NCBI GenBank assembly: GCA_023205875.1
Contig: CP060772.1
Location: 124,001-188,000 of the forward strand
Length of the DNA: 64,000 nt
DNA from: Chloropicon primus
Lineage: Eukaryota
Direction of reading: 5' to 3'
Position 1 is the first letter of the stretch. Every line of letters begins with the position of its first letter. A program made the position numbers and the translations under genes. This document shows, piece after piece, positions 33,235 to 44,720 of this stretch. The notes below the pieces were generated by a model. The model had not been told where the DNA came from. It searched no databases and was given only the letters and a program-made list of their open reading frames with translations.

Positions 33235-33808
33235 TGTTTCACTTTCCAAAGCGAGAGAGAGAGAGAGAGGGAGAGGAGAAGTTTGCGCGTTGTGGAGGAG
33301 GAGAGAGAGATAGAGGGGAAGGAGGGAAAGAGGTTTGAATCAGAAGAAGCCACGTCTCGAGAGCTTTCCAAAGAGCCCTCCCTTGACCGAATCAGCGCAG
33401 GGATGGGTCGAGGAGAGAACATCAGAACGAGGAAGGACACGAGAGAGAGGCGGAGAGGGTGATGAAGGGGTGAAGCAGAGGGGGCAGAAGACGAGGACGA
33501 GGGTCATCGGGGGCGTTGGGCGAAAAGTGAAACTCGAAATCTTTCGATTGGCGGGCGCTGGACTCGTTTTTCGCTCGGAGTGGAGAGAACGTTCGTTTGG
33601 GAAGGGAATCAGTATCACTGGGACGTTCCAGTGGAAAGCGTTGTGACGGAGGCTGGAGCTCGTGGAGGGAAAGGGAGCATCTTCTTTTGCGAGGAAAGCG
33701 TGTGATGATCTCTCGATTGAGGTCTCACTCGATTGTCTTGGCGCCCTGAGTCCGTTGTCATTGTCAATACTGGCGTAAAGGTTGGCTTGGGTGTGACTTC
33801 CATTCAAG

Positions 33809-36800
33809 ATGGAGGAAAGCGTTCGTATGTTCACCAAGACGATGTCCCTCGAGCGATTCCTTCTTTACGAGAGCAGGACAAAGGTAAGACTCGGGTGTGT
33901 GCTTTTTCTGCGTGCGTGGTCCTCTTTGATTCGTCGACACTGACACCACCCACTGGGTCGGTCGTTCTTCGCAGTACTATCTCGTCGGCCACACGGCGTG
34001 CAGCACGGAGTGGTACATGATGCAGTTGAGCAGGCAAGAGCACAAGCAGGTGTATTGCGACCGGACGGCGTACACCGAGAACCAAATGAAGGTCGTGTTA
34101 TCTTCCCTCGACGCTGCCATGGAACCTCACGGCGGTATCAAATTGGTCATGAAGGCTTACGGTGTCATCGGAGTCATCATGCTCCTCAAGAACGCGTACT
34201 TGGTTCTTGTCACGCACAGGAAGAAGGTCGGGAATGTCGCTGGACACAGGATATACGGCTGCAGGGACGTGGCCTACGTTCCAATCTTGTCCAAGGAATA
34301 CGTCAGTGCCCAAGCTTCGAGCAGCACTTGGGAAGCTGGGGGTGGCGCATCGGAGGGTGAAGGCTCGGGAGAGACCAGGTTCGGGAACTTCGGCCTGGGT
34401 GGATACAAAGGCATGAGCGCGGATGAGAAGAGGTACCTTCGCCTGCTAATGGGCGTCGACCTCTGCAAGGAGTTCTACTGGTCTTACACCTATCCGTTTT
34501 GGAACACGCTGCAACAGAACCTGCTGATGAATTCCAAGCAGCAGGAGCAAGGGGAAGCCGATGGCGCTTCTCCTTCCGATGCTGGTCAAAGTGATTCCCC
34601 TCGCGCGGTAGAGGATGGCAAGCGGGGGGGAGGAATGGACTACCTTGGGTGTGTCTCTGGTTTCAACAGCATGTTTGTCTGGAATTCTCACCTTGCCAAC
34701 CACTATTTTGGTGAGAACCTTCAACAGAAGGACAAAGAGCGATGGATCGTTCCCTTGATTCACGGGTTCTTCGACCAAGTGAAGCTTAGCAGCTTTGGGA
34801 AGGAGCTCAAGGTCTCCCTTTTGGCTCGAAGAAGCAAGTACTTTGCAGGAACAAGGTTCTTGAAGAGGGGAATCAACGAGCTAGGCCAGGTGGCGAATGA
34901 AGTGGAGACGGAGCAGATCGTGGAAGCGCAGCTGGACAGGGACCTTCATGCGCACAAGGGATCGCCCTCCACATCCTCTTCGTCTGACACTCTGAGGTTC
35001 AGCAGCATAGTCCAATTAAGGGGGAGCATCCCGCTTTACTGGTCTCAAGAAACCAGCACGAGCTTGAACCCGAGGCCGGAGATCAGAATTAGGCGGTACG
35101 ACCCCAGCTACAGCGCCACGAAGCAGCACTTTGACAGGCTGCACGAACGCTACGGAAAGCCAGTGATTGTGTTGAACCTGATCAAAAGCTTCGAGAAAAG
35201 GCCTCGAGAGATGATCCTGAGGGTTGAGTTCGCTCAAGCGGTCGATTACTTGAACCGATTCTATTACAGGAAGGACACGAAGAAGAGCGATGGGCGTGAT
35301 GCAAGCGGTGGGGATAAACAGGAAGCCCCCCAAACGGGTGAGCTGCTATTTGTCCACTGGGACTTCAGCAAATGCACCAAGCAGAGGGGCGTTAATGTGC
35401 TTGGAGCAATCTCACCGGTGGTGACGAGTGCGCTCAAGTCCACTGGTTTGTTCTACTGCCTCCCCAAATCATCCCCGGGCTCGAAGGGCAGCCCTGTCGA
35501 TTGGGGCGGAGCTTCACTGGGGGGAGCGTACAACTGGGGGAAACAGCAAGGTGTGCTGAGGACGAACTGTATAGACTGTCTTGACAGGACCAATGTAGCG
35601 CAATTTGCTTATGGCTTGTACGCGCTTTCTCAGCAGATGCACGTGCTGGGGATAACAAGTGCGGAACAAAAAGAATCTACATCTACGCTCAATCCGAGAT
35701 CAGCCGTTGCCACGGAACTGATGAACTTGTACGAGGCCATGGGGGACTGCCTGGCGTATCAGTATGGAGGGAGTGAGGCCCACAGCAAGTTTTTCAAGAG
35801 GCAGAAAGGTTCTTGGGAAGTGACCACACAAAGCAAAGACATGATGACGAGCTTTCGGAGGTTCTACTCCAACACCTACACGGATGCCGCGAGGCAAGCG
35901 GCTATCAATCTCTTTCTCGGCCACTTTGTCCCCAATGAGAGTCCCGTCCATATTTGGGATCTGGATTCAGACTCGTACTTGCCGGGACTGTATTACGACG
36001 ATGATCCAGACAAGGTCGCAGAGTGGAAGAAGAAGAAGAAGAAGGATGTGACACCTTGTCAAACGAATGGAAGCGGCGGTCAGGAAGACTTTGGCACGGA
36101 GGACGAATGCCTGACCCTGGAGAAGAATTTGAAAACAATGGCGTGGCATGAGGAGGCACGGAGGTCCGCTGGGAGGCACGCTACCTTTACCTCGATAGAC
36201 AAAGTTTTGGAGCAGTGTCCACTTCGAGTCAGCAAGGGCTTCTGCGATTTCACGAACATCGGCATGGACGAAGACAGAGGGGACTACAACCAAAGGCTTC
36301 AGCGCATGCTCAACGCCATCCACTCGGAGATGGATGAGATCCACGACAGCGATCCAAGGATGCACTTGGAATTGGATGGCTTGCACTTCAGCGAGACTTT
36401 CTCTGACCCCACTTTTGTTCTGAAAGACATCGAAGGTGCCAGCATAGTTTTCCCGGGCGCCCAAAAGTCAGATATGCTGAAGGACATGGCGTTCTTCGAT
36501 ACTTATGTCAGCGCCAAGTCCTCGCTGCTGAACAACTTGAAGTTCGAGGAATCGAATTATGGAGAGAGCGGCGATTTGGTGTCCTCCGGCGAGACCCTGT
36601 TCCAGCAAGTGGTCGCCTCAAAAGAGATTCAGGACGAGAGCAAGCCAAGGGACTCGCAAAGGGGCGCTGCCGACGACCCCGTCACCAAAACTACCTCGGA
36701 TGGTTCCCAACAAACCTATTGGGACCACCTTCTCAAGGGGTCTCCGAGCGACGAGGTCTACGAAACCTGGATGAAACCGTTTGACAAGAGCCTTCAGTCC

Positions 36801-36818
36801 TTTCAATCCATGTGGTGA
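33809..36818 (+). CDS. FIG4: SAC-domain phosphoinositide phosphatase FIG4/SAC3-like; exons 33809-33883, 33975-36818
   Basis: ARRSKYFAGTRFLKRG, VANEVETEQI, RGSIPLYWSQ, catalytic RTNCIDCLDRTN, QYGGS, RRFYSNTYTD. Confidence 0.88.
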
Positions 36819-36987
36819 GGAAGTTCCTCTGGTCCGCCTGAGTTGAGCCCATTCGAGTCGAGAGCTCATTGTATTCGTCCGTTCAATGCGATGACGCTTG
36901 GCTGGTCGATCCACGTTCATTGTAATCCATGCAGCACCCTGTACACAACAGTCTCTTCAGCTGATCCGCGCCACCATGGTTTTCAAG

Positions 36988-37310
36988 CTTGAGGGCTCTT
37001 TGGAAAGATCAAGAGAGCAAGAGAGCAAGACGCCATCATGCAAGAGATCCCTCCCTCCCTCCTCTTGCTCATTCCTCTACCCTCTATCCCACACATCCAT
37101 CCTCCACCTCTGATGAATCACCTCGATTGATCGACACTCTTAGCAAGTGAGGGCTCTTTGGAAAGATCAAGAGAGCAAGAGTGAGAGTAAGATCAAGAGA
37201 GCAAGAGAGCAAGACACCATCATGCAAGAGATCCCTCCCTCCCTCCTCTTGCTCATTCCTCTACCCTCTATCCCACACATCCATCCTCCACCTCTGATGA
37301 ATCACCTCAA
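36988..37310. repeat. Tandem duplication with GAGGGCTCTTTGGAAAGATC starts 158 bp apart
   Basis: CATCATGCAAGAGATCCCTCC...CTGATGAATCACCTC occurs twice. Confidence 0.9.
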
Positions 37311-37530
37311 TCGCAATCGTGAGGGGGAGACAGAGAAGCGGCGAGGCGCGCGAGAAGCGGAGAGGAGAGAAGCGGAGAGGAGAGGAGAGGAGAGGAGAGG
37401 AGAGGAGAGGTCTCGTCCTTGCTTTGCTTTGTGTGGAAGCTTTTTTTGGTAACTCCGTCGCGTCCCGTCGTTGGCGACGAAGGCGAAGACGGAGGTCTCG
37501 TGAAAAGGATCCGGATCCTCAGAGACAGCA

Positions 37531-37536
<6 letters not shown>

Positions 37537-37596
<60 letters not shown>
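37537..37596. repeat. (AG)n microsatellite
   Basis: About 30 AG units just upstream of the MARCH6 start. Confidence 0.95.
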
Positions 37597-37597
<1 letters not shown>

Positions 37598-37644
37598 AAA
37601 CGGAGAGGAAAGGAGGAAGCGGAGAGCACAGCAGAAGGGAAGAG

Positions 37645-40600
37645 ATGTCTTCCTCACTTGATGCTGGCGGTGCTGGTGGTGGTGATGCTGCGTGTTGCTC
37701 TGGGATGAGGGATGAGGGAAGCGAAGCGGAGAAAGTATGCAGAATATGTCGTACGAGTGAGGAAGAGGAAGAAGAGGATGGAGGGAAGAGGAGGCCGCTC
37801 TTCTATCCTTGCAGATGCAGCGGGAGCATCAAGTACGTTCACGAGGAATGTCTCGTGCAGTGGTTGAAGCACTCGAAGAGGAAGAAGTGTGAGGTGTGTG
37901 GCACCGAGTACAGTTTTAAGAATATCTATTCGGACAACGCACCTCGGGTGCTTTCCCTATCGGAGTTCATCACGGGGCTCCTGCAAAGGTTGTGGCAAGC
38001 TAGCAGGTCGTGCTTGAGGTTTGTGATGGTGGGATTCGTTTGGCTTGCGGTGGTCCCTTTGATAACGTCTTGGGTGTGGCGGTTATGTTTCGCCAGGTCC
38101 ACGCAACAAACCATACTGTCCATAGCGAGAAGGAGCTGCGCGTTCAACTTGCTGCTCACGGATTGTGTCTACGGGTCTTTCCTTTCCGCGGCAATCGTTT
38201 TCGTGTTTCTTGGGACGGCGTCGTTGCGTGAATACTTGAGGCAAATCAGGTTCGCGCCCAACGGGGACGGCGAGGAGTTTCCTGGACAAGTCGGGAACGG
38301 TATCAGGGGGGGAGCACCAAGAGCGGGAAATAATGAGGACATCAGGGCCTTGAATATGCGCTTGCGCGACCGCCTTATGGGCGAGGAGCAGTTTGATGCC
38401 GGCGGTCGCCGTGGCCGCAATGACGGTGGCGAGTTCGACGGTGGCGAGTTCATGGAGAACTGGCGGCTTCAACTGGAGTTGGAGAGAATGAGAGGCCTGG
38501 ACGAAGTGGGAAGGAACGAGGAGAGGGAAGGGGGGGTTGATCTGAACGATGGGGGAGCTCAGGGAAGGGAAGAGCGAAATCGTGTCCCCGACGACCCTCA
38601 ACTCAACAACCAAAACATGGGGGGGTTGGACCTGGACAGGATCGAGGACGTGCCTTTCGAGGAGCTCATTGGGATGCAAGGGCCCGTCTTGGCGCTGTTC
38701 GAAAACGCAACGACCATCTTGTTGAGTAACTTGTTCTTCCTTGTCGCCTCCGTGATGCTTCCTTTCAACATCGGAAGGGTCTGCATGTCCATTTTGGCGC
38801 ACTTGAACATAGACATAAAGAGCATGGACGACAACAGCGTGCACTCGCAAGTGATACACATGTCCATAGAGGCGATGGAGAACCTCAAGGACGGGATTAG
38901 CAGTGAATTTGACATGAGCCTGGGCATGGCCGAGTCAAGAAGGAGCGTGAACAAGCTGGTGAGAGCGGCCACAGATTTTGAGGCGCAGCTAGAGCCACCA
39001 ACTTGGAAGGACCTTCTCACGCTGGGAACGGGGTATCTGGCAACCCTAGCTCTGGGTGCCGCCATGTGTTTTGTGATCATTTTCTTCAGGTGCTTGAGGA
39101 CCTACACCCACAGGGAGGAATCTGCGCACCACAGGAGCCTGTCGATCAGAGAGCTTTTCATGCTGGTGCCCATCATGGCCAAGAGGGCGTACTCCTACCT
39201 GGCCTACAGCTGCGTTGTGCTCAAAGTCGCTTTTCTTTTGATCGTTGAGCTTGGTCTCTTCCCGATCTTCTTTGGGTTGTGGCTGGACCTTTGCTCCCTG
39301 CCTTTGTTCGATGCGATGCTACAGACAAGAATGCAGTTTGGCCTATATGCGCCCATCACGTTTACGCTCATCCACTGGACCTTGGGAATTCTTTACATGT
39401 TCCTAGTCTCCGTGTCTGTAAGCGTGCTGCGAGAGATCTTGAAGCCTGACGTTCTTGCGTTTTTGCGGGATCCCGCGGATCCAAACATCAATCCATTCAG
39501 GGAGCTCTTTGAGGATCCTTTCACCAAGCACGTGAAGAAGATTGCGTTTGGCTCGATCATCTATGGCAGTATTGCCATGGTCTTGGTTTACATGCCGGTG
39601 CAGTTCATTAAGTCTATTTTCCCAGAAAGCTTCCCCATCGTGATCAAGCTGTTGGATCCATTGAGCGAGCTGCCGATTCACCTGTTGATGATACACTTTG
39701 GGTTGCCACTTACTTTTGAGTACCTGAGGCCCAAGAGGGTGATGAGGCTCGTGATTCACAGCTGGCTCAGGTACGCAAGCAAGTTGTTCAACGTGGACGG
39801 CCACATCCTTCAGAACGCGGGCGGGCAAAACGCCGCGGATGCAGACAACACCGGCGGCGCGGGGGGGGAGAGAAGCTTTTCGGATAGCGGGGCCGGTAGC
39901 TCCACCCCGGTGGTGAGAACGGCTAGCGCGAATGGAACGAGAAAGATCAGCGATGTGAGATCGTTTCTTGCGAGGGGCTTTGGCATTTACAGGGAGTGCT
40001 GGAGTTTGTTCTTGCAGTCCCAGTTCACCCTGAACATCAGGTTGGCTCTGCTTGTGCTCACGTCCTGCCTTGCGGTCCAGCTCTCCAATTCCATCCTGCT
40101 GTCTCTCCCGTTGTTCCTTGGGAGGCAGCTCTGCAGGCTGATCGGCTTCCCGGTGCACCATGACGTTTACAACATTCTCGTGGGGCTTTACATCGTTTGG
40201 GGGTCGTTCTTCTCGCTTTCCAAGTGGGCTACGATCGTGCAGCAGGTGCCCTACTTCGTGGGCGGGTTGGTCAAGTACGTCGTTCTGGGAACCTTGTGGC
40301 TCCTCGTTATCCCCACCATCCTTGGGACGCTGGTGCACCTGACCTTTGTGGTGCCCTTCTCGGTGCCCATGAACCACACGCCGATCTTCTTCATCTACCA
40401 GGACTGGGCGATTGGTTTGGTCTCCCTCAAGGTGCTCCACTGGAGGAACTTGAAGAGGTATAGGCACATGTGGAGAAGCGTGGAGGAGTTGTGGAGCAAC
40501 GTGGGGTCGCCAAGCAACATCGACTTCAGGTGGGCTCTGGTTGAGGTCACTCTTCCGCCACTGATGAATTTGTGCGCCCAGCTTTGCATCCCTTACACTT

Positions 40601-40788
40601 TTGTCCACTCCGTTCTGCCCATGGCCGGGGTATCCATCTACTACAGGCACTTTTTGTACAGGTATGGCTACCCCTTGCTGGCACTGGGCCACTGGAAACA
40701 CTACGTGACGAAGAGCTTGTGGAGGCTTCACAATGCTATCAGGGATGACAAGTACCTCGTCGGCAAGGCTCTGAAGAACTTTGCTTAA
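37645..40788 (+). CDS. MARCH6: ERAD E3 ubiquitin ligase MARCH6/Doa10/SUD1
   Basis: RING-CH CRIC...PCRCSGSIKYVHEECLVQWL...CEVC, many TMs, TD domain ELGLFPIFFGLWLD, C-terminal IRDDKYLVGKALKN. Confidence 0.92.
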   Translation: MSSSLDAGGAGGGDAACCSGMRDEGSEAEKVCRICRTSEEEEEEDGGKRRPLFYPCRCSGSIKYVHEECLVQWLKHSKRKKCEVCGTEYSFKNIYSDNAPRVLSLSEFITGLLQRLWQASRSCLRFVMVGFVWLAVVPLITSWVWRLCFARSTQQTILSIARRSCAFNLLLTDCVYGSFLSAAIVFVFLGTASLREYLRQIRFAPNGDGEEFPGQVGNGIRGGAPRAGNNEDIRALNMRLRDRLMGEEQFDAGGRRGRNDGGEFDGGEFMENWRLQLELERMRGLDEVGRNEEREGGVDLNDGGAQGREERNRVPDDPQLNNQNMGGLDLDRIEDVPFEELIGMQGPVLALFENATTILLSNLFFLVASVMLPFNIGRVCMSILAHLNIDIKSMDDNSVHSQVIHMSIEAMENLKDGISSEFDMSLGMAESRRSVNKLVRAATDFEAQLEPPTWKDLLTLGTGYLATLALGAAMCFVIIFFRCLRTYTHREESAHHRSLSIRELFMLVPIMAKRAYSYLAYSCVVLKVAFLLIVELGLFPIFFGLWLDLCSLPLFDAMLQTRMQFGLYAPITFTLIHWTLGILYMFLVSVSVSVLREILKPDVLAFLRDPADPNINPFRELFEDPFTKHVKKIAFGSIIYGSIAMVLVYMPVQFIKSIFPESFPIVIKLLDPLSELPIHLLMIHFGLPLTFEYLRPKRVMRLVIHSWLRYASKLFNVDGHILQNAGGQNAADADNTGGAGGERSFSDSGAGSSTPVVRTASANGTRKISDVRSFLARGFGIYRECWSLFLQSQFTLNIRLALLVLTSCLAVQLSNSILLSLPLFLGRQLCRLIGFPVHHDVYNILVGLYIVWGSFFSLSKWATIVQQVPYFVGGLVKYVVLGTLWLLVIPTILGTLVHLTFVVPFSVPMNHTPIFFIYQDWAIGLVSLKVLHWRNLKRYRHMWRSVEELWSNVGSPSNIDFRWALVEVTLPPLMNLCAQLCIPYTFVHSVLPMAGVSIYYRHFLYRYGYPLLALGHWKHYVTKSLWRLHNAIRDDKYLVGKALKNFA

Positions 40789-42080
40789 CTTCATGGAAAT
40801 GCATGGAATCATGCATGGAATGGAATGCATGTGGCAGGGTATATATTTGTAATCTATAGATACACAACGCCTTTGAAAGCAATTAGGCCTGGGGGGGGGC
40901 AGAGGCAAGGCCCAGCGGTGGCCAAGCGGAAATACCAGACTAGAATTACGGGAAAAATGTTTTACTCCCAATTTGCGACTTAACGTCCCTTCCACGCCAC
41001 GGCTGACATAAAGTGGTGGACAAAATGACGAAAACTTGCTTTCCATCCACCAAGACACGAGGAGGATGACGGCAAGCCACCCACCCCAGGAAAACGAAAA
41101 CCTCTGCTGTCCCAACTCAAACCATTGCACAGTACTGCAAAGGTTTTCTCGTGCTGAAAAGTGCTAAACTCTGCTTGTGCGAACGACGAAGGAGGACGGA
41201 CAGGAACAGAGGGAACAGAGGGAACGATTTTGTGACTCTTTAGTGCTTCTTTGGAGGACGGAAACAAGGGTCCGTCCCTCTCTTGTTGGCGGTATATAAC
41301 TCAATAAAGGCAAGCCTCGGCACTCTCCCAAATACGACTTTCGGAAAACTCGAAACACGAGATCGGCTCCAGCACGGTTTTACCACTAAATACGAATTTC
41401 GGAAATGTTGAAACACTTCAAATGTGAACAAGTCCGTACGTTCGATTGGAAACGTTCGAACTTGTTCCATGGGACGGAACGAAAAGATGGTGGCCCCATG
41501 TGGTAAATCTATTCCCCCGTCCATGGTTTGGGGAATCGAGTCGAGTGCGCGTTTAACTTCTTTCGAAGAATTAAGCACGGAATCCAGATTTCGGGCGCGA
41601 GAGCCGGGGTGGGAACGTGAGAACGAGGGCGGAGGATGGAGGGGGGGGGAGGAAGTCTTGGGTTGTGCGTTTGAGGTGCGTCTGAGGTGGACAAAGGCGG
41701 GACCTTGGAGAGCCTAAAAGAGTCTTCGGATAGAACGCAACCAAAAAAAAAAAAGTATCGGACCTCCTTCGTCGACAAACAAAACTTTGTTTACCTTCTT
41801 CTTCCTGGAGGCCACCAAGGAGAGGCCAAAAGTGCTACGCTTTCCCTGAGGTGGACAAAGGCCCCTTGACTCGGATGGATGCATTGATCCGATACGTGAG
41901 GCCAATAAAATTGTCGTAACGCTTGCGGGAGGAAGCTAGCGCTCGTAACGCTTGCGGGGGAGGGGAAGGTTGTCGAGGTTGGGTTTCGTTGTCCGTTTCA
42001 CCAAAAAGTTTTTTCGAGGGAGGAGGGTGTGTTGTGAATCGACAAGAAAAGGAAGGAGGGGATTGAGTTTGAGTTGAAAG

Positions 42081-44261
42081 ATGGCTTGGAACATGATACC
42101 GCCTCCAGATGGAGAGCTGAAGCTCCAGGACGGGGACTTTGTGGACGACGTGGAAGACAAGGACGTTGGTGAGGTGCTTGACTACCTGTTGAGGGATGGG
42201 AGTCCTGGACCGAATGGGACACGGTCGAGGGAAGGGATCCCGGCTGGGAAGAAGGGCAATGCCGAAAAGGAGAAGAAGGCGGGAGGAGGGATGCCGAACT
42301 TGTCCCTGAAAATCAAGAGGAAGGACAGCGGGGAGGTGGTGAAGCTGGAGAACGGGACCGAGAACGGGAACGGTGCCGGTGGGAAGCCTCTGACGGGGAA
42401 GCCGTTGTCGATACAGGTGGTCAAGAGGCGAGGATCTTCTGACAGCAGTGGCCTGATGAAGAAGAGGAATTCAGATGCCGCGGGAGGATTCAATACTTCT
42501 TACGTGCTCGACGGCGAGGACGAGGTCGCCACACCGACGAAGAAGACGAGGGTGAACAGCTTCCGGTCACCGAGTGAGAGCCAAGCTAACTCGGAGAATG
42601 ATTCTGGCATTCTGTCTCGCAGTGGATCGCTTAACTTTGGAAGGCCGCAGGACGGGAACAATGCCTGGGCTACGATGAATGAGAGGATCCGAAGGTTCAG
42701 CCCTCAGAAGAGCGACGGGGGGACCAACAAGGGGTCCTTCTCCTCGGAAGCGGAAGCGGAGACGTCCCCCTCGAGGACAGGCCTTTCCTTCAAGAAAGCC
42801 CTGGAGAAGGGCGAAGATTTGAGTGCCGAGGAGGTGAGGAAGTACTCGAACGGAAGCGAGGAAGCCAAGTACTTGATCAAGTCGATGGCAGCGGAGACCA
42901 GGAAGGCTTACTTCAAGCTCATCGACAAGCGAATCATCTCCGAGTATGACGTGGACAATATGTGCTTGCAGACGTTGACCAGGCTGGGAGACAAGGAGGC
43001 CTGCGAGGTGCTGAAGGTTCTCGAGAAGGAAGCGAGGTTCTCGTCCTTCAGGAACGTGAGCGCGTACTTGGCCCAAATCATCAACAACTTCCGGCACGAG
43101 AGGAACAAGCAGGCAGCGGCTGGCATTGTCGTGACCGAGATGAAGGTTTCCCCGGGGCAAAACGGGAACCCTTCCTCGGAGGTCTCCAAGATCCCGGAGC
43201 TCCCGGAGTCGATACAGAAGCGGCTTGACTTTCTGTTCACCAGCGGTCAGATCTCCAAGTCCATGATGAACCCCTTGCTGTACGAGCACCTGGCCTCCCT
43301 GCCGGAGTCCGGCGCCATGGCCGTGCTCGTGACCCTGGAAGGGATCGATATGAAGAAGATCAGGAACTTCACTGCGTTCTTCATCTCGTTATGTAACAAA
43401 TGCAGGAAGGAAAGCCAGTACGGGTCTCGGTCGAGGTTCTCTCCTTCGCATGGTGACTCACCAAAGTGGAGGAGAGGCGGCGGTCAACTGGCCAGGCATT
43501 TCAGAACCTCCCCAGGGGACCACAACAGGTGGGCCAGGGGGAGCCCCCAGGGGGGCGGCCAATCTGACCTCAAGGACCACACAAAGTACCAGAAGGCTCT
43601 GGGCGTGAGGGTCCACGAGCTGCACAAGCTTAGCCCTTTTGCGATGTACACGCCGGCCAGCGTAGCGTTGAAGCTCCAGAACTTGCACGACAAAGGGATC
43701 ACCTTTGTGACGCTGTTGGACGACAGGAGTTGGAAGACGCTGTCCACGATGGAGGAAAGCATTGTGAGCAACGTCGTGTCGGATGTGGGAGATCGGCTGA
43801 AGCAAGACATGATGATGCCGGACGACGGCAAGTTCACCAAGATCAGGAACTTGAACGCTTTCTTCCTTGATCTGGTGAAGAAGCAGAGCGACCTGATCAA
43901 CACCGGACTGGGCGGTTCGTCGAGTCATGGCACCCCGCCTGGCAGAGCCATGGCAGGCGGCTTCGGTACCCCATCACCTCCACCGTTCTTCACCAAGGCG
44001 TTAGACCCCAAGAGGTTTGACGAGCTGTCGGAGGAGACGAGGAAGGAGCTCGACATGCTGGTCGCGTCCAGCGGGGGCCTCCTGGACCACGGCATGTTTG
44101 ACATGAGGGCGGTCAAGCTCCTGGCGAGGCTCGGGGACACCAACATGAAGCTGGCTTGCACCCAGCTCAGGAAGGTCGACACGAGAAGGATCAGAAACTT
44201 GTTTGCTTTCTTCCTCGGCATGTGCAGGAACTACATCAACGGAGAGTTACTCAAGAAATGA
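42081..44261 (+). CDS. Protein with four tandem hnRNP-Q/SYNCRIP N-terminal (NURR/AcD)-like helical domains and no recognisable RRM
   Basis: Repeats end FRNVSAYLAQII, IRNFTAFFISLC, IRNLNAFFLDLV and IRNLFAFFLGMC, resembling SYNCRIP LDERAIEAL...VQNKSAFLCGVM. Confidence 0.65.
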   Translation: MAWNMIPPPDGELKLQDGDFVDDVEDKDVGEVLDYLLRDGSPGPNGTRSREGIPAGKKGNAEKEKKAGGGMPNLSLKIKRKDSGEVVKLENGTENGNGAGGKPLTGKPLSIQVVKRRGSSDSSGLMKKRNSDAAGGFNTSYVLDGEDEVATPTKKTRVNSFRSPSESQANSENDSGILSRSGSLNFGRPQDGNNAWATMNERIRRFSPQKSDGGTNKGSFSSEAEAETSPSRTGLSFKKALEKGEDLSAEEVRKYSNGSEEAKYLIKSMAAETRKAYFKLIDKRIISEYDVDNMCLQTLTRLGDKEACEVLKVLEKEARFSSFRNVSAYLAQIINNFRHERNKQAAAGIVVTEMKVSPGQNGNPSSEVSKIPELPESIQKRLDFLFTSGQISKSMMNPLLYEHLASLPESGAMAVLVTLEGIDMKKIRNFTAFFISLCNKCRKESQYGSRSRFSPSHGDSPKWRRGGGQLARHFRTSPGDHNRWARGSPQGGGQSDLKDHTKYQKALGVRVHELHKLSPFAMYTPASVALKLQNLHDKGITFVTLLDDRSWKTLSTMEESIVSNVVSDVGDRLKQDMMMPDDGKFTKIRNLNAFFLDLVKKQSDLINTGLGGSSSHGTPPGRAMAGGFGTPSPPPFFTKALDPKRFDELSEETRKELDMLVASSGGLLDHGMFDMRAVKLLARLGDTNMKLACTQLRKVDTRRIRNLFAFFLGMCRNYINGELLKK

Positions 44262-44414
44262 TCAAATTGTTTTTTATTTTGGCAAAGGCAAACAAGAACA
44301 GACAAGCAGGCAGGCATCATGCTTGTGTGCAAGCATGACGATGAACACACACACACACACACACACACTCATCCTATATAATATTGACAATTTGTACATT
44401 TTCAATTTTCTTTT

Positions 44415-44527
44415 GGTATGCTCCGTTAGTTTTGTGCAAAGGTCGTTTCAGTTTCCGTTCCTCGAAATGACCATGCCGCCCATGTAGGGCAGCTCGTACT
44501 AACAAACGCGTGTGCAACCCTGAGGAG
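44415..44527 (-). ncRNA. Candidate Fanzor omega-RNA scaffold
   Basis: Lies directly 3' of the Fanzor stop. Outer stem UUGUUAGU/ACUAACGG encloses hairpins GCUGCCC/GGGCGGC and GGUCAUUUCG/UGAAACGACC. Confidence 0.55.
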
Positions 44528-44720
44528 TTACACATGTTTTGGTTCACGCAAGTGCTTGAGAAGGATGTTGCGTGCCCCGTTCGCATCCCGATCGCACTTG
44601 AAGCCACACTCCTGGCACTTGTAAACCTTTGCTCCACCCAGGTTCTCCTTGATGTGTCCGCACCTGCCACAGGTCTTGGAGGTGTACTCCTCCGTCACCA
44701 CCTTTCGCCACCATCCGTGT
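44528..44720 (-). pseudogene. C-terminal fragment of a Fanzor/TnpB RNA-guided nuclease (Fanzor2/IS607-like)
   Basis: VVTEEYTSKTCGRCGHIKENLGGAKVYKCQECGFKCDRDANGARNILL: Glu before the TS motif, CxxC-CxxC zinc ribbon and RuvC-III DRDxNxAxNI. The N-terminal part is not recognisable. Confidence 0.85.

Noticed and set aside
41705..41725. CCTAAAA as a telomerase RNA template
   Set aside because: Only one repeat unit with no alignment overhang, and it lies outside the structured region.
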